Source: Candidatus Omnitrophota bacterium
Lineage (GTDB): Bacteria > Omnitrophota > Gorgyraeia > JAHJTE01
DNA length: 64,000 nucleotides
Reading direction: 5' to 3'
NCBI GenBank assembly: GCA_018830005.1
Contig: JAHJTE010000001.1
Coordinates: 709,624-773,623, forward strand
The notes beneath the pieces are model-generated. The model was not told where the DNA came from and did no database searches. It saw nothing but the letters and a program-made list of their open reading frames with translations. The position numbers and the translations under genes are program-made. How positions within the stretch are numbered: the first letter of the stretch is position 1; every line of letters starts with the position of its first letter. Below, piece by piece: positions 54,335 to 62,273 of this stretch.

Positions 54335-56917
54335 GTGTTGATGATGCTAAGTTTTAAATTTAACAGAAAATCCTTTGCCTTAATTCTGGCGCTGTGGATT
54401 CTGGTTGCCTTTAGCGTTATTGCCATGACAGCGATGTATGTGGTAAGCCGCAAACTTGATGAATATGTAAACCAGATAAATTCGCTTAAAGGTCAGTATT
54501 TAGCAGAATCAGCCAAGAATTACTTTTTAGAATATGTCACACCTTTTGATAATGATTTGATGGGCAACCCCCAGATAAACAAGGAATTAGGAGGAGAAAA
54601 CTTTCAATTTAGTATAAATTATGACACTGACCCTGCTCCTACAGCACGAACTGCAAGTATGACCCTTACCGGAAGCTCTCCTGGAGTTAACCGCTTTATA
54701 AGCTTGAATATAATTGAAGATGAAAATCAGAATGATGAAATAATTAAAAAAGTTAAGAAATACAATGCGGTTATTAAGAATCAGAACCCGATTACCTTAG
54801 AGGATGTGTGTATCACCAGAGGTTGTACTGAGTGGTATACTGCGGCTGATTGTGTTGACAACTGTCCTTCAACCAGTGGCGCTACTCCCGACGGTTGTTG
54901 TGAAGTATGTTATAGCTCGAGTAACTGCACTGATGCCTGTCCTTCAACCAGTGGTGGTAGTCCGAGTGGTTGTTGTGAGGGCTGTTATAGCTCAAGCAAC
55001 TGCACTGATGCCTGTCCTTCAACCAACTACTGTTGCGAAGGATGCTACAACTCAAGCAACTGCACTGACTCCTGCCCTTCAACTAGTTCCTGTTGCGAAG
55101 GATGCTACAACTCAAGCAACTGCACTGACTCCTGCCCTTCAACTAGTTCCTGTTGCGAAGGATGCTACAACTCAAGCAACTGCACTGATACCTGTCCTTC
55201 TACTAGTTCCTGTTGTGAAGGCTGTTATAGCTCAAGCAACTGCACTGACTCCTGCCCTTCAACTAGTTCCTGTTGCGAGGCATGTTATAGCTCAAGCAAC
55301 TGCACTGACTCCTGCCCTTCAACTAGTTCCTGTTGTGAAGGCTGTTATAGTTCTTGTTTTAGTGCTGTTACTAATAATTATTATAATGGGGATTGCAGCC
55401 AAGACACTGCTGCTAGTTGCTGTCTTTCTTCTGTGCCTTCAGGCTATGAATACTGTTGTGAGGCAGTTTCCTGTCAATGTCAGACAGCAGCATATCCGTG
55501 TAAAACTGTGTGTTGTCCAGAGTCAGACTATCCAACTTGGAGTACGACTTGTGATGCTAGTTATAGCTGCGATTCAAATTGGGAGCAGTCTTGCATTGAG
55601 ACGGGATGGTGTGCTTGCTCATTAGAAAGAGAGACTGGTTTTATTCTAGCAGGCGGGGAACCACAATGTCCGTGTTGTCTAGAATATGGGGATTGGACTT
55701 GTAAGACTATAAAGTTAGCATGTCCAGGCGGATGGAAGACCTCCTGCAGTAACTACGAATGTAGTAATTATGATTGTAGTGATTACGAATGTAGTAATTA
55801 TGAGTGTAGTAATTATGAATGTAGTAATTATGAGTGCAGAAACTACGACTGCAAAAACTATAAATGTAAGACAGAAGATTGCACAGCATGGCGTTCGCCA
55901 ACATTTCATAGCACTACCTACTTTGACGTATCAAGCGTCCAAGTAACTACAAACTATTCTCCCACTGCGAATCAGGCAATATGGGGAGAGTCCACTGACG
56001 CTAAGAACCTCTATGTAAATGGTAGCCTAGACCTTGATAATATCAGTGATATTACAAAATATGGTGTCTGGGGTGATGCCTATGCAAAGGATGCAATAAC
56101 TGATACTATTGGTGCAATACATGGTAGTGAGTTTGAGAATTGTAACTCAGTCGCAAATCCTGATGAATGTAGCTGGTCAGTTACAAAACCCGCAATAGAT
56201 ACAGCTTATTATGATAGGTTATTTGTTAAGGCGCAGGCTATGACTGCAGGCGATTTGCCAGATATAACCACTACCTCTTCAGGCTCCTCTGATCGACAAC
56301 TAAAAGGAAAGAATATTTTTGTAAATGGCAATGTTACTATTAGTACTGATAGCGATAATCCCTTGGAAGGCCCAGGGAATATTATTGCTATTGGAACAAT
56401 TACAATTAGTAATAGTGCTCATATTGAAGAGAATATTGGCCTTATCAGTAAAACCGCAGTTAATATTGGTCAGTCAGCGCGTGTTGGTAGGGCCAAGACC
56501 GGGGATACAAGTGGTGAATTTATTCAAGGAAAAGGCGTATTTATCTATGTTGCTAGAGATGCAGGCACAACTGTAGTAGATTTAGGATATTATTCCAAGA
56601 CAAAGGCCTATATCTTAGTAGTGCCGCATACATCTGGTACCACAGAAAATACAATAAAGGTTAGTGACTACCATGATGATGCCTCTCCTGATGATAATCG
56701 TTATGCCCGGCTTCAGGGTTTAATCTATACTGAAGGTCTTCATGATGAGACTGGTGAGGTTTACGGCTATATTTATACAGACAATCTAACCAATGACCAG
56801 ATAGTAATGTTGCGGCTGCTTGAGGATGATGTTTCTGGAACTCCTGTTGAATCACAGCGGCCCATAAAAATCAGAGGCCTTTATAACATTGGCATAGCCA
56901 ACCTTACTTATAAATAG
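54335..56917 (+). CDS. 860-aa PilX-N-like pilus protein with a hyper-Cys-rich tandem-repeat stalk and a beta-helix-like C-terminal domain
   Basis: GTG start. N-terminus FALILALWILVAFSVIAMTAMYVVSRK (PilX_N-like). About 8 copies of CCEGCYNSSNCTDSCPSTSS and about 8 copies of CSNYE. The C-terminus (NIFVNGNVTISTDSD...GNIIAIGTITISNS) resembles the 500-aa PilX-like protein. Confidence 0.7.
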   Translation: MLMMLSFKFNRKSFALILALWILVAFSVIAMTAMYVVSRKLDEYVNQINSLKGQYLAESAKNYFLEYVTPFDNDLMGNPQINKELGGENFQFSINYDTDPAPTARTASMTLTGSSPGVNRFISLNIIEDENQNDEIIKKVKKYNAVIKNQNPITLEDVCITRGCTEWYTAADCVDNCPSTSGATPDGCCEVCYSSSNCTDACPSTSGGSPSGCCEGCYSSSNCTDACPSTNYCCEGCYNSSNCTDSCPSTSSCCEGCYNSSNCTDSCPSTSSCCEGCYNSSNCTDTCPSTSSCCEGCYSSSNCTDSCPSTSSCCEACYSSSNCTDSCPSTSSCCEGCYSSCFSAVTNNYYNGDCSQDTAASCCLSSVPSGYEYCCEAVSCQCQTAAYPCKTVCCPESDYPTWSTTCDASYSCDSNWEQSCIETGWCACSLERETGFILAGGEPQCPCCLEYGDWTCKTIKLACPGGWKTSCSNYECSNYDCSDYECSNYECSNYECSNYECRNYDCKNYKCKTEDCTAWRSPTFHSTTYFDVSSVQVTTNYSPTANQAIWGESTDAKNLYVNGSLDLDNISDITKYGVWGDAYAKDAITDTIGAIHGSEFENCNSVANPDECSWSVTKPAIDTAYYDRLFVKAQAMTAGDLPDITTTSSGSSDRQLKGKNIFVNGNVTISTDSDNPLEGPGNIIAIGTITISNSAHIEENIGLISKTAVNIGQSARVGRAKTGDTSGEFIQGKGVFIYVARDAGTTVVDLGYYSKTKAYILVVPHTSGTTENTIKVSDYHDDASPDDNRYARLQGLIYTEGLHDETGEVYGYIYTDNLTNDQIVMLRLLEDDVSGTPVESQRPIKIRGLYNIGIANLTYK
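54858..55355 (+). repeat. in-frame 60-bp tandem repeat array (about 8 units; the two 5' units are 75 bp)
   Basis: Units 55021-55080, 55081-55140 and 55141-55200 are near-identical (ctgttgcgaaggatgctacaactcaagcaactgcactgactcctgcccttcaactagttc). The period coincides with the 60-column lines of the sequence listing. Confidence 0.9.
55745..55865 (+). repeat. in-frame 15-bp tandem repeat (tgtagtaattatgaa, about 8 units) encoding (CSNYE)n
   Basis: Read directly. Protein: CSNYECSNYDCSDYECSNYECSNYECSNYECRNYDCKNYKC. Confidence 0.85.
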
Positions 56918-56953
56918 CCTTCCTAGATAGACCCCAAATTTCAAACCAACTAC

Positions 56954-56995
56954 TAATCTTTCAATGGCTGCGCTGTTGGTTTTTGGATTTATTTG
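56954..56995 (+). terminator. possible terminator after the 860-aa gene
   Basis: AACCAAC...GTTGGTT stem with a long loop, then TTTTGG. Confidence 0.3.
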
Positions 56996-57175
56996 TTTCT
57001 GTATTTGTAACTTTAATATAGCAATATGTTGTATAAGATAAAAAAATATTGCTTAGCCTTGAAATATAACAGGAGGTATGTTATATTTTATGTTGACAAT
57101 TTAGAAATGAAGCGAAAAGTCCCGAATCTAGTAGTTTAGGTGTCGGGATCCCTTCTAAAATGCTAAATATTTTAG

Positions 57176-57343
57176 AAGGGGGCAAACCATTTGAAAGAAT
57201 GGGGCGGGCCGAGTGCCTGGTCCTAATAAGGACCGCAAAGCTAAAGAGCCTAAGTCCTGAATTTTCAGGATATGGTAGTCAGTTGCCGAAGTCAAAACAG
57301 CAATTTACTACCCTATTCTTTTAAGTGGAATAGGGTTTTTTTA
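57176..57343 (+). ncRNA. c-di-GMP-I (GEMM) riboswitch-like leader with terminator (copy 4, extended variant)
   Basis: GGCAAACCATTTGAAAGAATGGGGCGG[GCC...GGTCCTAATAAGGACC]GCAAAGC. GGTAGT at 57264 can pair with ACTACC of the terminator 5' arm. Terminator CCCTATTC...GAATAGGG plus T7. Confidence 0.8.
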
Positions 57344-57362
57344 TGTGAGGATAAGACTAAAG

Positions 57363-57632
57363 ATGGACAAGAAAGGTTTTACACTAGTTGAGATTATGAT
57401 TGTAGTCGGGGTTCTTGCGCTGCTAATGGCTATTTCATTGCCGATATTATCAAGAATGCGCCAAAATGCAAATGAGGCAAAAACCCAGGCTGAACTTAAT
57501 TCACTGTATAAGGCAGTTAACATGTATTATGCCTATAATGGCAGATACCCTAGCGAGTTGAGCGAATTAAGTGATTATATTACAATAGCTAACATTGATA
57601 ATAAATACGAGTTGAATTCGGATCTACCTTAA
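57363..57632 (+). CDS. short type IV pilin (89 aa), MDKKG|FTLVEIMIVVGVLALLMAISLP
   Basis: ATG at 57363 with an AGGA RBS. The track start at 57345 is a GTG inside the terminator T-tract. Shares the paralogous pilin motif with the pilin at 26579. Confidence 0.8.
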   Translation: MDKKGFTLVEIMIVVGVLALLMAISLPILSRMRQNANEAKTQAELNSLYKAVNMYYAYNGRYPSELSELSDYITIANIDNKYELNSDLP

Positions 57633-57652
57633 GAGGACTTGGTGAAGAGAAG

Positions 57653-58264
57653 ATGATTAAGAATTGTTTAGTCTCCATATTTAGTTTGATCTTGCTGCTA
57701 GGCTTATCCTTAAGTTCTGCAGAGGCAGCTTCTAATAATACCTGGTTGATTAAATCAAAGGCCACTGGTTCAGAACAGGTATTTGCTGTGTGGATGGATG
57801 GTCGGTTGAGTTCTGGCACACCTGTCTCAGAGGACGGGATTATTAGTAGTGTAACCTTTAGTGGCAGTCAATATCTTTCTGCCAAGGAATGGGTTACAAA
57901 TGAGCAGACTGGTGCAGTCCGCACTTATTGGAGCAATAAACCTATTGTCTATGGAATGGAATCAGAAGGAGGTACATACAGGATTGTCTTATCGGCAAAG
58001 AATTATGTTGGTAGCACTGGTTGGAGCCTGCCAAAGGGATATAAGAATTTTAATGTCGTTGTTAAAGTAGCTAATAAGAAGGTTGGTACAATTCTCCTAG
58101 AGGCAAGTGATACAGAGGTAAAGACAGGGTATCTGGTCCTAAATGATATCGAATCAGGCGTTCATCAGGTCAAACTAATCTGGAATAATGATAGCTACAA
58201 GCCAGCAAAGAAGTGGGATGCAAATATAGAAATCCAAAGTGTAGCATTTGAGAAGATTGAATAA
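57653..58264 (+). CDS. hypothetical secreted beta-rich protein
   Basis: Signal peptide LLLGLSLSSAEA|AS. 203 aa, no recognisable motif. Co-transcribed 20 nt after the short pilin. Confidence 0.45.
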   Translation: MIKNCLVSIFSLILLLGLSLSSAEAASNNTWLIKSKATGSEQVFAVWMDGRLSSGTPVSEDGIISSVTFSGSQYLSAKEWVTNEQTGAVRTYWSNKPIVYGMESEGGTYRIVLSAKNYVGSTGWSLPKGYKNFNVVVKVANKKVGTILLEASDTEVKTGYLVLNDIESGVHQVKLIWNNDSYKPAKKWDANIEIQSVAFEKIE

Positions 58265-58345
58265 GGTTTATTTGAGTGTACCCGCCCTTAGATATAACTT
58301 GCTGTATAGCAATGAGTTATGAAAATAATAATTATTGGCAGATTA

Positions 58346-58374
58346 TTGAAATAAGCCTTTATTTGTGTTATACT
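58346..58374 (+). promoter_or_regulatory. candidate promoter TTGAAA-N17-TATACT upstream of GEMM copy 5
   Basis: Read directly. Confidence 0.4.
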
Positions 58375-58399
58375 TTAGTTGACAATTAGTTAAGTACGA

Positions 58400-58530
58400 A
58401 AAGGGCAAACTATTCGAGAGAATAGGACGCAAAGCCAAGAGTCCTTAGCATCTTTAGATGTCAAGGATTGTCTGGTTACCGAAATTAAAAATGTGGACCT
58501 ATTCTTTTCGAAGAATAGGTTTTTTATTTA
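58400..58530 (+). ncRNA. c-di-GMP-I (GEMM) riboswitch-like leader with terminator (copy 5)
   Basis: GGCAAACTATTCGAGAGAATAGGACGCAAAGCC is almost a base-for-base match to the Vc2 aptamer core, with a GAGA GNRA loop. Terminator GACCTATTC...GAATAGG plus T-run. Confidence 0.85.
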
Positions 58531-58606
58531 TATAAAGAAAATTGCTTGAAGCTTATGTTTTATTGCGGTATACTATTAAGCGGTATATTACTAGGAGGAT
58601 CTAAAA

Positions 58607-60316
58607 ATGAACAGGAATCTTAGAAAGGGATTTAGTAGTATCGAATTTATCGGTGTGCTTACGGTAATTGTTGTAATTTTGGCATTTTCTATCCCTAAAA
58701 TTGTATCTACAAAAATAGCAGCAAACGAAACTGCCGCAATCAGCGATCTCTACAAATTGGGATCAGCGTTTGAAGCGTATCGCTCAATATACAGTACTTA
58801 CCCAAGAGATTTTTCCGACCTTAACAACCTTGCTCCGGATTTAATCGGGCAGGAGTTTGTCTCAGTCTCTGGGGCAGAATACGCTAAAGGCGGATATGCC
58901 TTTAAGATTGATTCTGTTGATACTGATATTGTGCCTACATATGCCTTTAGAATCTATGCTGAGCCAAAGGTTTCTTCGTTCAGGGTTACTGCTGGTCTTG
59001 TTAGCGGTATTCCTACTGGTAGACGCGTATTTAAGTATGGTGTGAATAAGGCAGACGCTAGTGTTGGTTATTATGCTAAGAATCCTGGAACGAGTCAGCC
59101 TGAGGCAATCTCCGACTGGATTCCTCTTACAGGAGTTGAAGGACGGGGTTTTATGGGCACATCAACAACTACACCACCTCCACCACCTCCACCACCAACT
59201 TCACCTCCTACTACAACAACTACAACAACTACTACTACAACGTCCGATACTGCACTTACATTTACAACGCAGACTATTACAACTACTATAGCCACTATAA
59301 CCACTACAACAACTACAACTAGCACAACGACTACTACACTAGGGCTAATCGGAACTACTACCACTGTACAGACAACAACAACCACAGATGTAACAGAAAC
59401 ACTTCCTGGTCTTCTTAGTTGTCCTTATGTTCATGTTTGGGATGGAAGTCAGTTTATAAAAGACAATGATATTATTCCGGGTGGAAATACTCATGAATAT
59501 ACTGATTACTATAAATTAACCAAACAGGTTAGTGCGGATAAAAATGGTGACTTATTATTTAAGATTATTGAACCTTTGGATGAAAAATCTTATCTTGATA
59601 AGGCACATCTAATAGAGGTTAGACATCCTAAGTTTGTTAATATTGCTCCTTCGCCAGAGGGTGAGATGTTCACTTATAAACAAAGGGCCTTAAGGCGACC
59701 AAGAAAGGCCATTGATACAAATGGTGAAGATATTCTAAGTCTTGTTTCTAGCAAGGGCAAAGGTGATTATCATGGTCTTCCTGGAGATTTTGTTACATTT
59801 GATTTTGGTAAGATTAAAAAAGCACCTAATGGCATGCGACTTATCTTAAGCTCTGACTTAGAATATGCCTATGCTGCTAAAAGCACGAAGTCGCTGCATA
59901 TTGAGGTGTTTCTTGAGGATAGCTATTGGCAGGAGATCTCTATAGTTCATCCTCATGAGGCCTGGGATATCTGGGCAATAGATCTAGCTTCATTTAAAGA
60001 CAAGATTGCTGGTGAGCTTAGGGTAAAGATCAACTGGAAAAATGAACACAAGCTAGATTTTGCACTTTTAGATATGTCAGCCCAGGTTCCGATTAAGATT
60101 AGAGACCTAGCCTTGGTTGAGGCAAAACACAATAAGAGATTCTTCAGTAATGTAATGTCTCTACTTAAGAAGTCTGATAATAGATATGCCAAGATGGTTA
60201 AAGGCGATGAGATATCTCTTAGATTTAGAGGTTCTAGCAAGGGCTTAGAGCCTAAAGAGGTGTTAAGTTATATCTTTGTCAGCGAGGGCTTTTATAAGCC
60301 GCTCATTAAGAAATGA
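58607..60316 (+). CDS. pilin-domain fusion protein: prepilin N-terminus + pilin globular head + Pro/Thr-rich linker + roughly 330-aa C-terminal domain of unknown function
   Basis: KG|FSSIEFIGVLTVIVVILAFSIP. A paralogous pilin motif (AISDLYKLGSAFEAYRSIYSTYP), then a P8 and poly-T linker, then a novel domain starting CPYVHVWDGSQ. Confidence 0.7.
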   Translation: MNRNLRKGFSSIEFIGVLTVIVVILAFSIPKIVSTKIAANETAAISDLYKLGSAFEAYRSIYSTYPRDFSDLNNLAPDLIGQEFVSVSGAEYAKGGYAFKIDSVDTDIVPTYAFRIYAEPKVSSFRVTAGLVSGIPTGRRVFKYGVNKADASVGYYAKNPGTSQPEAISDWIPLTGVEGRGFMGTSTTTPPPPPPPPTSPPTTTTTTTTTTTSDTALTFTTQTITTTIATITTTTTTTSTTTTTLGLIGTTTTVQTTTTTDVTETLPGLLSCPYVHVWDGSQFIKDNDIIPGGNTHEYTDYYKLTKQVSADKNGDLLFKIIEPLDEKSYLDKAHLIEVRHPKFVNIAPSPEGEMFTYKQRALRRPRKAIDTNGEDILSLVSSKGKGDYHGLPGDFVTFDFGKIKKAPNGMRLILSSDLEYAYAAKSTKSLHIEVFLEDSYWQEISIVHPHEAWDIWAIDLASFKDKIAGELRVKINWKNEHKLDFALLDMSAQVPIKIRDLALVEAKHNKRFFSNVMSLLKKSDNRYAKMVKGDEISLRFRGSSKGLEPKEVLSYIFVSEGFYKPLIKK

Positions 60317-60336
60317 TAGGCTAGATATAGGCGAAT

Positions 60337-60831
60337 ATGTTTAGAAACAATAGTCCCGTTAGAGAGCCTAACAAAGCAAAGAGGACTCTGACGGGACTTA
60401 CTTTATTTGAGGCCCTATTAGTTACGGCGGTAATCGGGATTGTTCTTGTCTTGAGTATTCCACACCTATCCAGGATGAAAATCCAGGCCAATGAGACTGA
60501 TGCAATAGCCTCTTTGGGCAAGATAGCCGCAGCCATGGAGGTTTACCGTATCCTCTATAAAACATATCCAGACAATTTAAATAAGCTCTCAATAGTCAAT
60601 CCTACTCTTTCAGCAGGACCATTGTTGAGTAGTGGCTCAAAAAGTGGCTATAATTACCGGATTGAAATTGAAGATGAGAGTTTTGATCCGAATAGCTTTA
60701 CTGTGATTGCAGAACCAAAACAGCCGCTTAAAACTGGTGAACATAGGTTTAAAGTTGACCAGAATGGAATCATATATTCTACAGACTCTCAGACCTCAAT
60801 AGTCTGGATGCCTCTGGGCGGTGCAATCTAA
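60337..60831 (+). CDS. prepilin-type pilin paralogue (long leader, ...LTG|LTLFEALLVTAVIGIVLVL)
   Basis: Shares the IASLGKIAAAMEVYRILYKTYP motif with the other paralogues. 164 aa. Confidence 0.65.
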   Translation: MFRNNSPVREPNKAKRTLTGLTLFEALLVTAVIGIVLVLSIPHLSRMKIQANETDAIASLGKIAAAMEVYRILYKTYPDNLNKLSIVNPTLSAGPLLSSGSKSGYNYRIEIEDESFDPNSFTVIAEPKQPLKTGEHRFKVDQNGIIYSTDSQTSIVWMPLGGAI

Positions 60832-60932
60832 AAGGCCCTCCTCGAGATAATCTCTTCCTTAAGTCTAATCCACTCTTTTTTAAAGGTCTAATAAAGAAAA
60901 CTTGGTAGGATCCTTGAGCTTTATAGAAAGGC

Positions 60933-62273
60933 CTATTTTATGAAATCAATAAATAGCCGCAATTCTCTAGGCAGGGTTCTAATGTTAATTCCAGATATTC
61001 TCTTGGCGAGATAACCTGGCCTTAGATAAAAGGAGTAATATGCGTTTCTAGTAATCGTTGTCAGTTCTTTTAGCGAGTAATTTCCACCCGGGCAGCTTTG
61101 GGGGAAATCAAGCGTTTTTCTATTTCCTTTTATACTTTCATAGAATTTAGTCCCAGGATAGGGCGTTGCAATATGGAAGGAGGCATAGGTGGGATTTAGT
61201 TGCTTAGCCAGCTCTATAGTTTTTTTGAAATCCTCTTTTATTTCTTCTGGAAATCCGAACATAAAGAAACAAGCTGTCTGGATCCCTGCTGATTTTGTTA
61301 ATTCAATACCATTTCTTATTTGTTCTAAGGTTAATTGTTTTTCTATTCTTTCTAGAATCCTTTGCGAGCCTGATTCAATTCCAAAATGAATGAGGACACA
61401 GCCTGCTTCTTTCATCATCTTTAGCATCTCAAGGCTTAGTGCATCTGGCCTAGTCTGGCAAGTCCAGCGGAAACCATGTTTGTTTTTAATCAGATAATTG
61501 CATAGTTCTTTCACCAGCTTCTTGTTGAAGGTAAAGGTCTCATCATAAAAATAGGCGTTTTTTATGCCGAACTTTGAGATTGCAGTTTCCACTTCAGCAA
61601 TAAGCTTCGTGCTGGATTTTAGCCGGCAGGTATTGCCGTACATTACCTGTAGGCAATAGGTACATTTATACGGACATCCTCTTGCACCCTCAAAGATCAT
61701 AAATCTATCACCCAGGATTTCGTAATTGTATTTGTATTGTTTTACAAGATGATAAGCAGGAAGGGGTAGAGAGTTTAAATCAACCAATTCTGTTTTTGGA
61801 TTAGAGATTATCTTGCCGCCTTGTTTATAAACTAGGCCAGGGACATATTTTTTTTCTTTCCTAGCCAGATCTAGCACCATAGACTCTGGTTCGCCCTTGA
61901 TTATGCCTGCGGCCCCACTTTTTTCTAGAACCTCCTCAGGAAAGAGGCAGCAGTGAGCGCCATAAAGATACAGATTCTCTTTTGGAAAGGCAGCGATAAA
62001 TTCAAGGAATGTCTCAAAATCAAGGTTAGGGCATTGCCATTTATAGAGAGGACTTGAGGTGATAATTATTTTATCATATTTTCTTGAAAGAGTAATTATA
62101 TCAGCTTTTGCTTTGCTATCAGCGTTTGCATCAAAGATCTCAACATCAATACCTGCCTTTTCCAATATAGCAGCACAATACATTAAATCAAGAGGAGGGA
62201 AGGTGCGGTTAAATCTGTGCCCCTTTTTACTTACCTTGGTTTTCCAGCTGGGGTTAACTAAAAGAATCTTCAT
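60933..62273 (-). CDS. B12-binding-domain radical SAM protein
   Basis: N-terminal cobalamin-binding-like Rossmann region, then a CPYKCTYC radical SAM motif. Confidence 0.8.
   Translation of the reverse strand: MKILLVNPSWKTKVSKKGHRFNRTFPPLDLMYCAAILEKAGIDVEIFDANADSKAKADIITLSRKYDKIIITSSPLYKWQCPNLDFETFLEFIAAFPKENLYLYGAHCCLFPEEVLEKSGAAGIIKGEPESMVLDLARKEKKYVPGLVYKQGGKIISNPKTELVDLNSLPLPAYHLVKQYKYNYEILGDRFMIFEGARGCPYKCTYCLQVMYGNTCRLKSSTKLIAEVETAISKFGIKNAYFYDETFTFNKKLVKELCNYLIKNKHGFRWTCQTRPDALSLEMLKMMKEAGCVLIHFGIESGSQRILERIEKQLTLEQIRNGIELTKSAGIQTACFFMFGFPEEIKEDFKKTIELAKQLNPTYASFHIATPYPGTKFYESIKGNRKTLDFPQSCPGGNYSLKELTTITRNAYYSFYLRPGYLAKRISGINIRTLPRELRLFIDFIK

Noticed and set aside
54858-55355. Possible CRISPR array because of regular 60-bp periodicity
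   Set aside because: The units are contiguous with no unique spacers, they are in-frame coding sequence, and no cas genes are nearby. This is a protein-coding tandem repeat.
54804-55625. 273-aa + strand ORF, plus small minus-strand ORFs at 54882-55082 and 55707-55909
   Set aside because: These are alternative frames through the 60-bp and 15-bp tandem repeats. Their repetitive 'protein' (ATALTPALQLVPV...) is a by-product of the Cys-rich repeat frame, which is the one continuous with a PilX-like N-terminus and a C-terminal domain.
57345-57362. GTG start at 57345 for the short pilin
   Set aside because: The GTG lies in the terminator T-tract directly after an ATG-TGA. The downstream ATG at 57363 has an AGGA RBS and gives a canonical 5-residue prepilin leader (MDKKG|F).
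26353-58530. The five conserved leaders as a dispersed REP/MITE-type repeat rather than riboswitches
   Set aside because: The copies share only the GEMM-specific core (GGCAAACC-hairpin-G(G/C)CGCAAAGC) and vary elsewhere with compensatory stem changes. All have the same orientation, promoter to pilin ATG. A selfish repeat would show uniform sequence and random orientation.
59095-59385. 96-aa Val-rich minus-strand ORF
   Set aside because: It is antisense to the Pro/Thr linker of the 58607 pilin fusion (ACN/CCN codons read in reverse give GTN). Not a gene.
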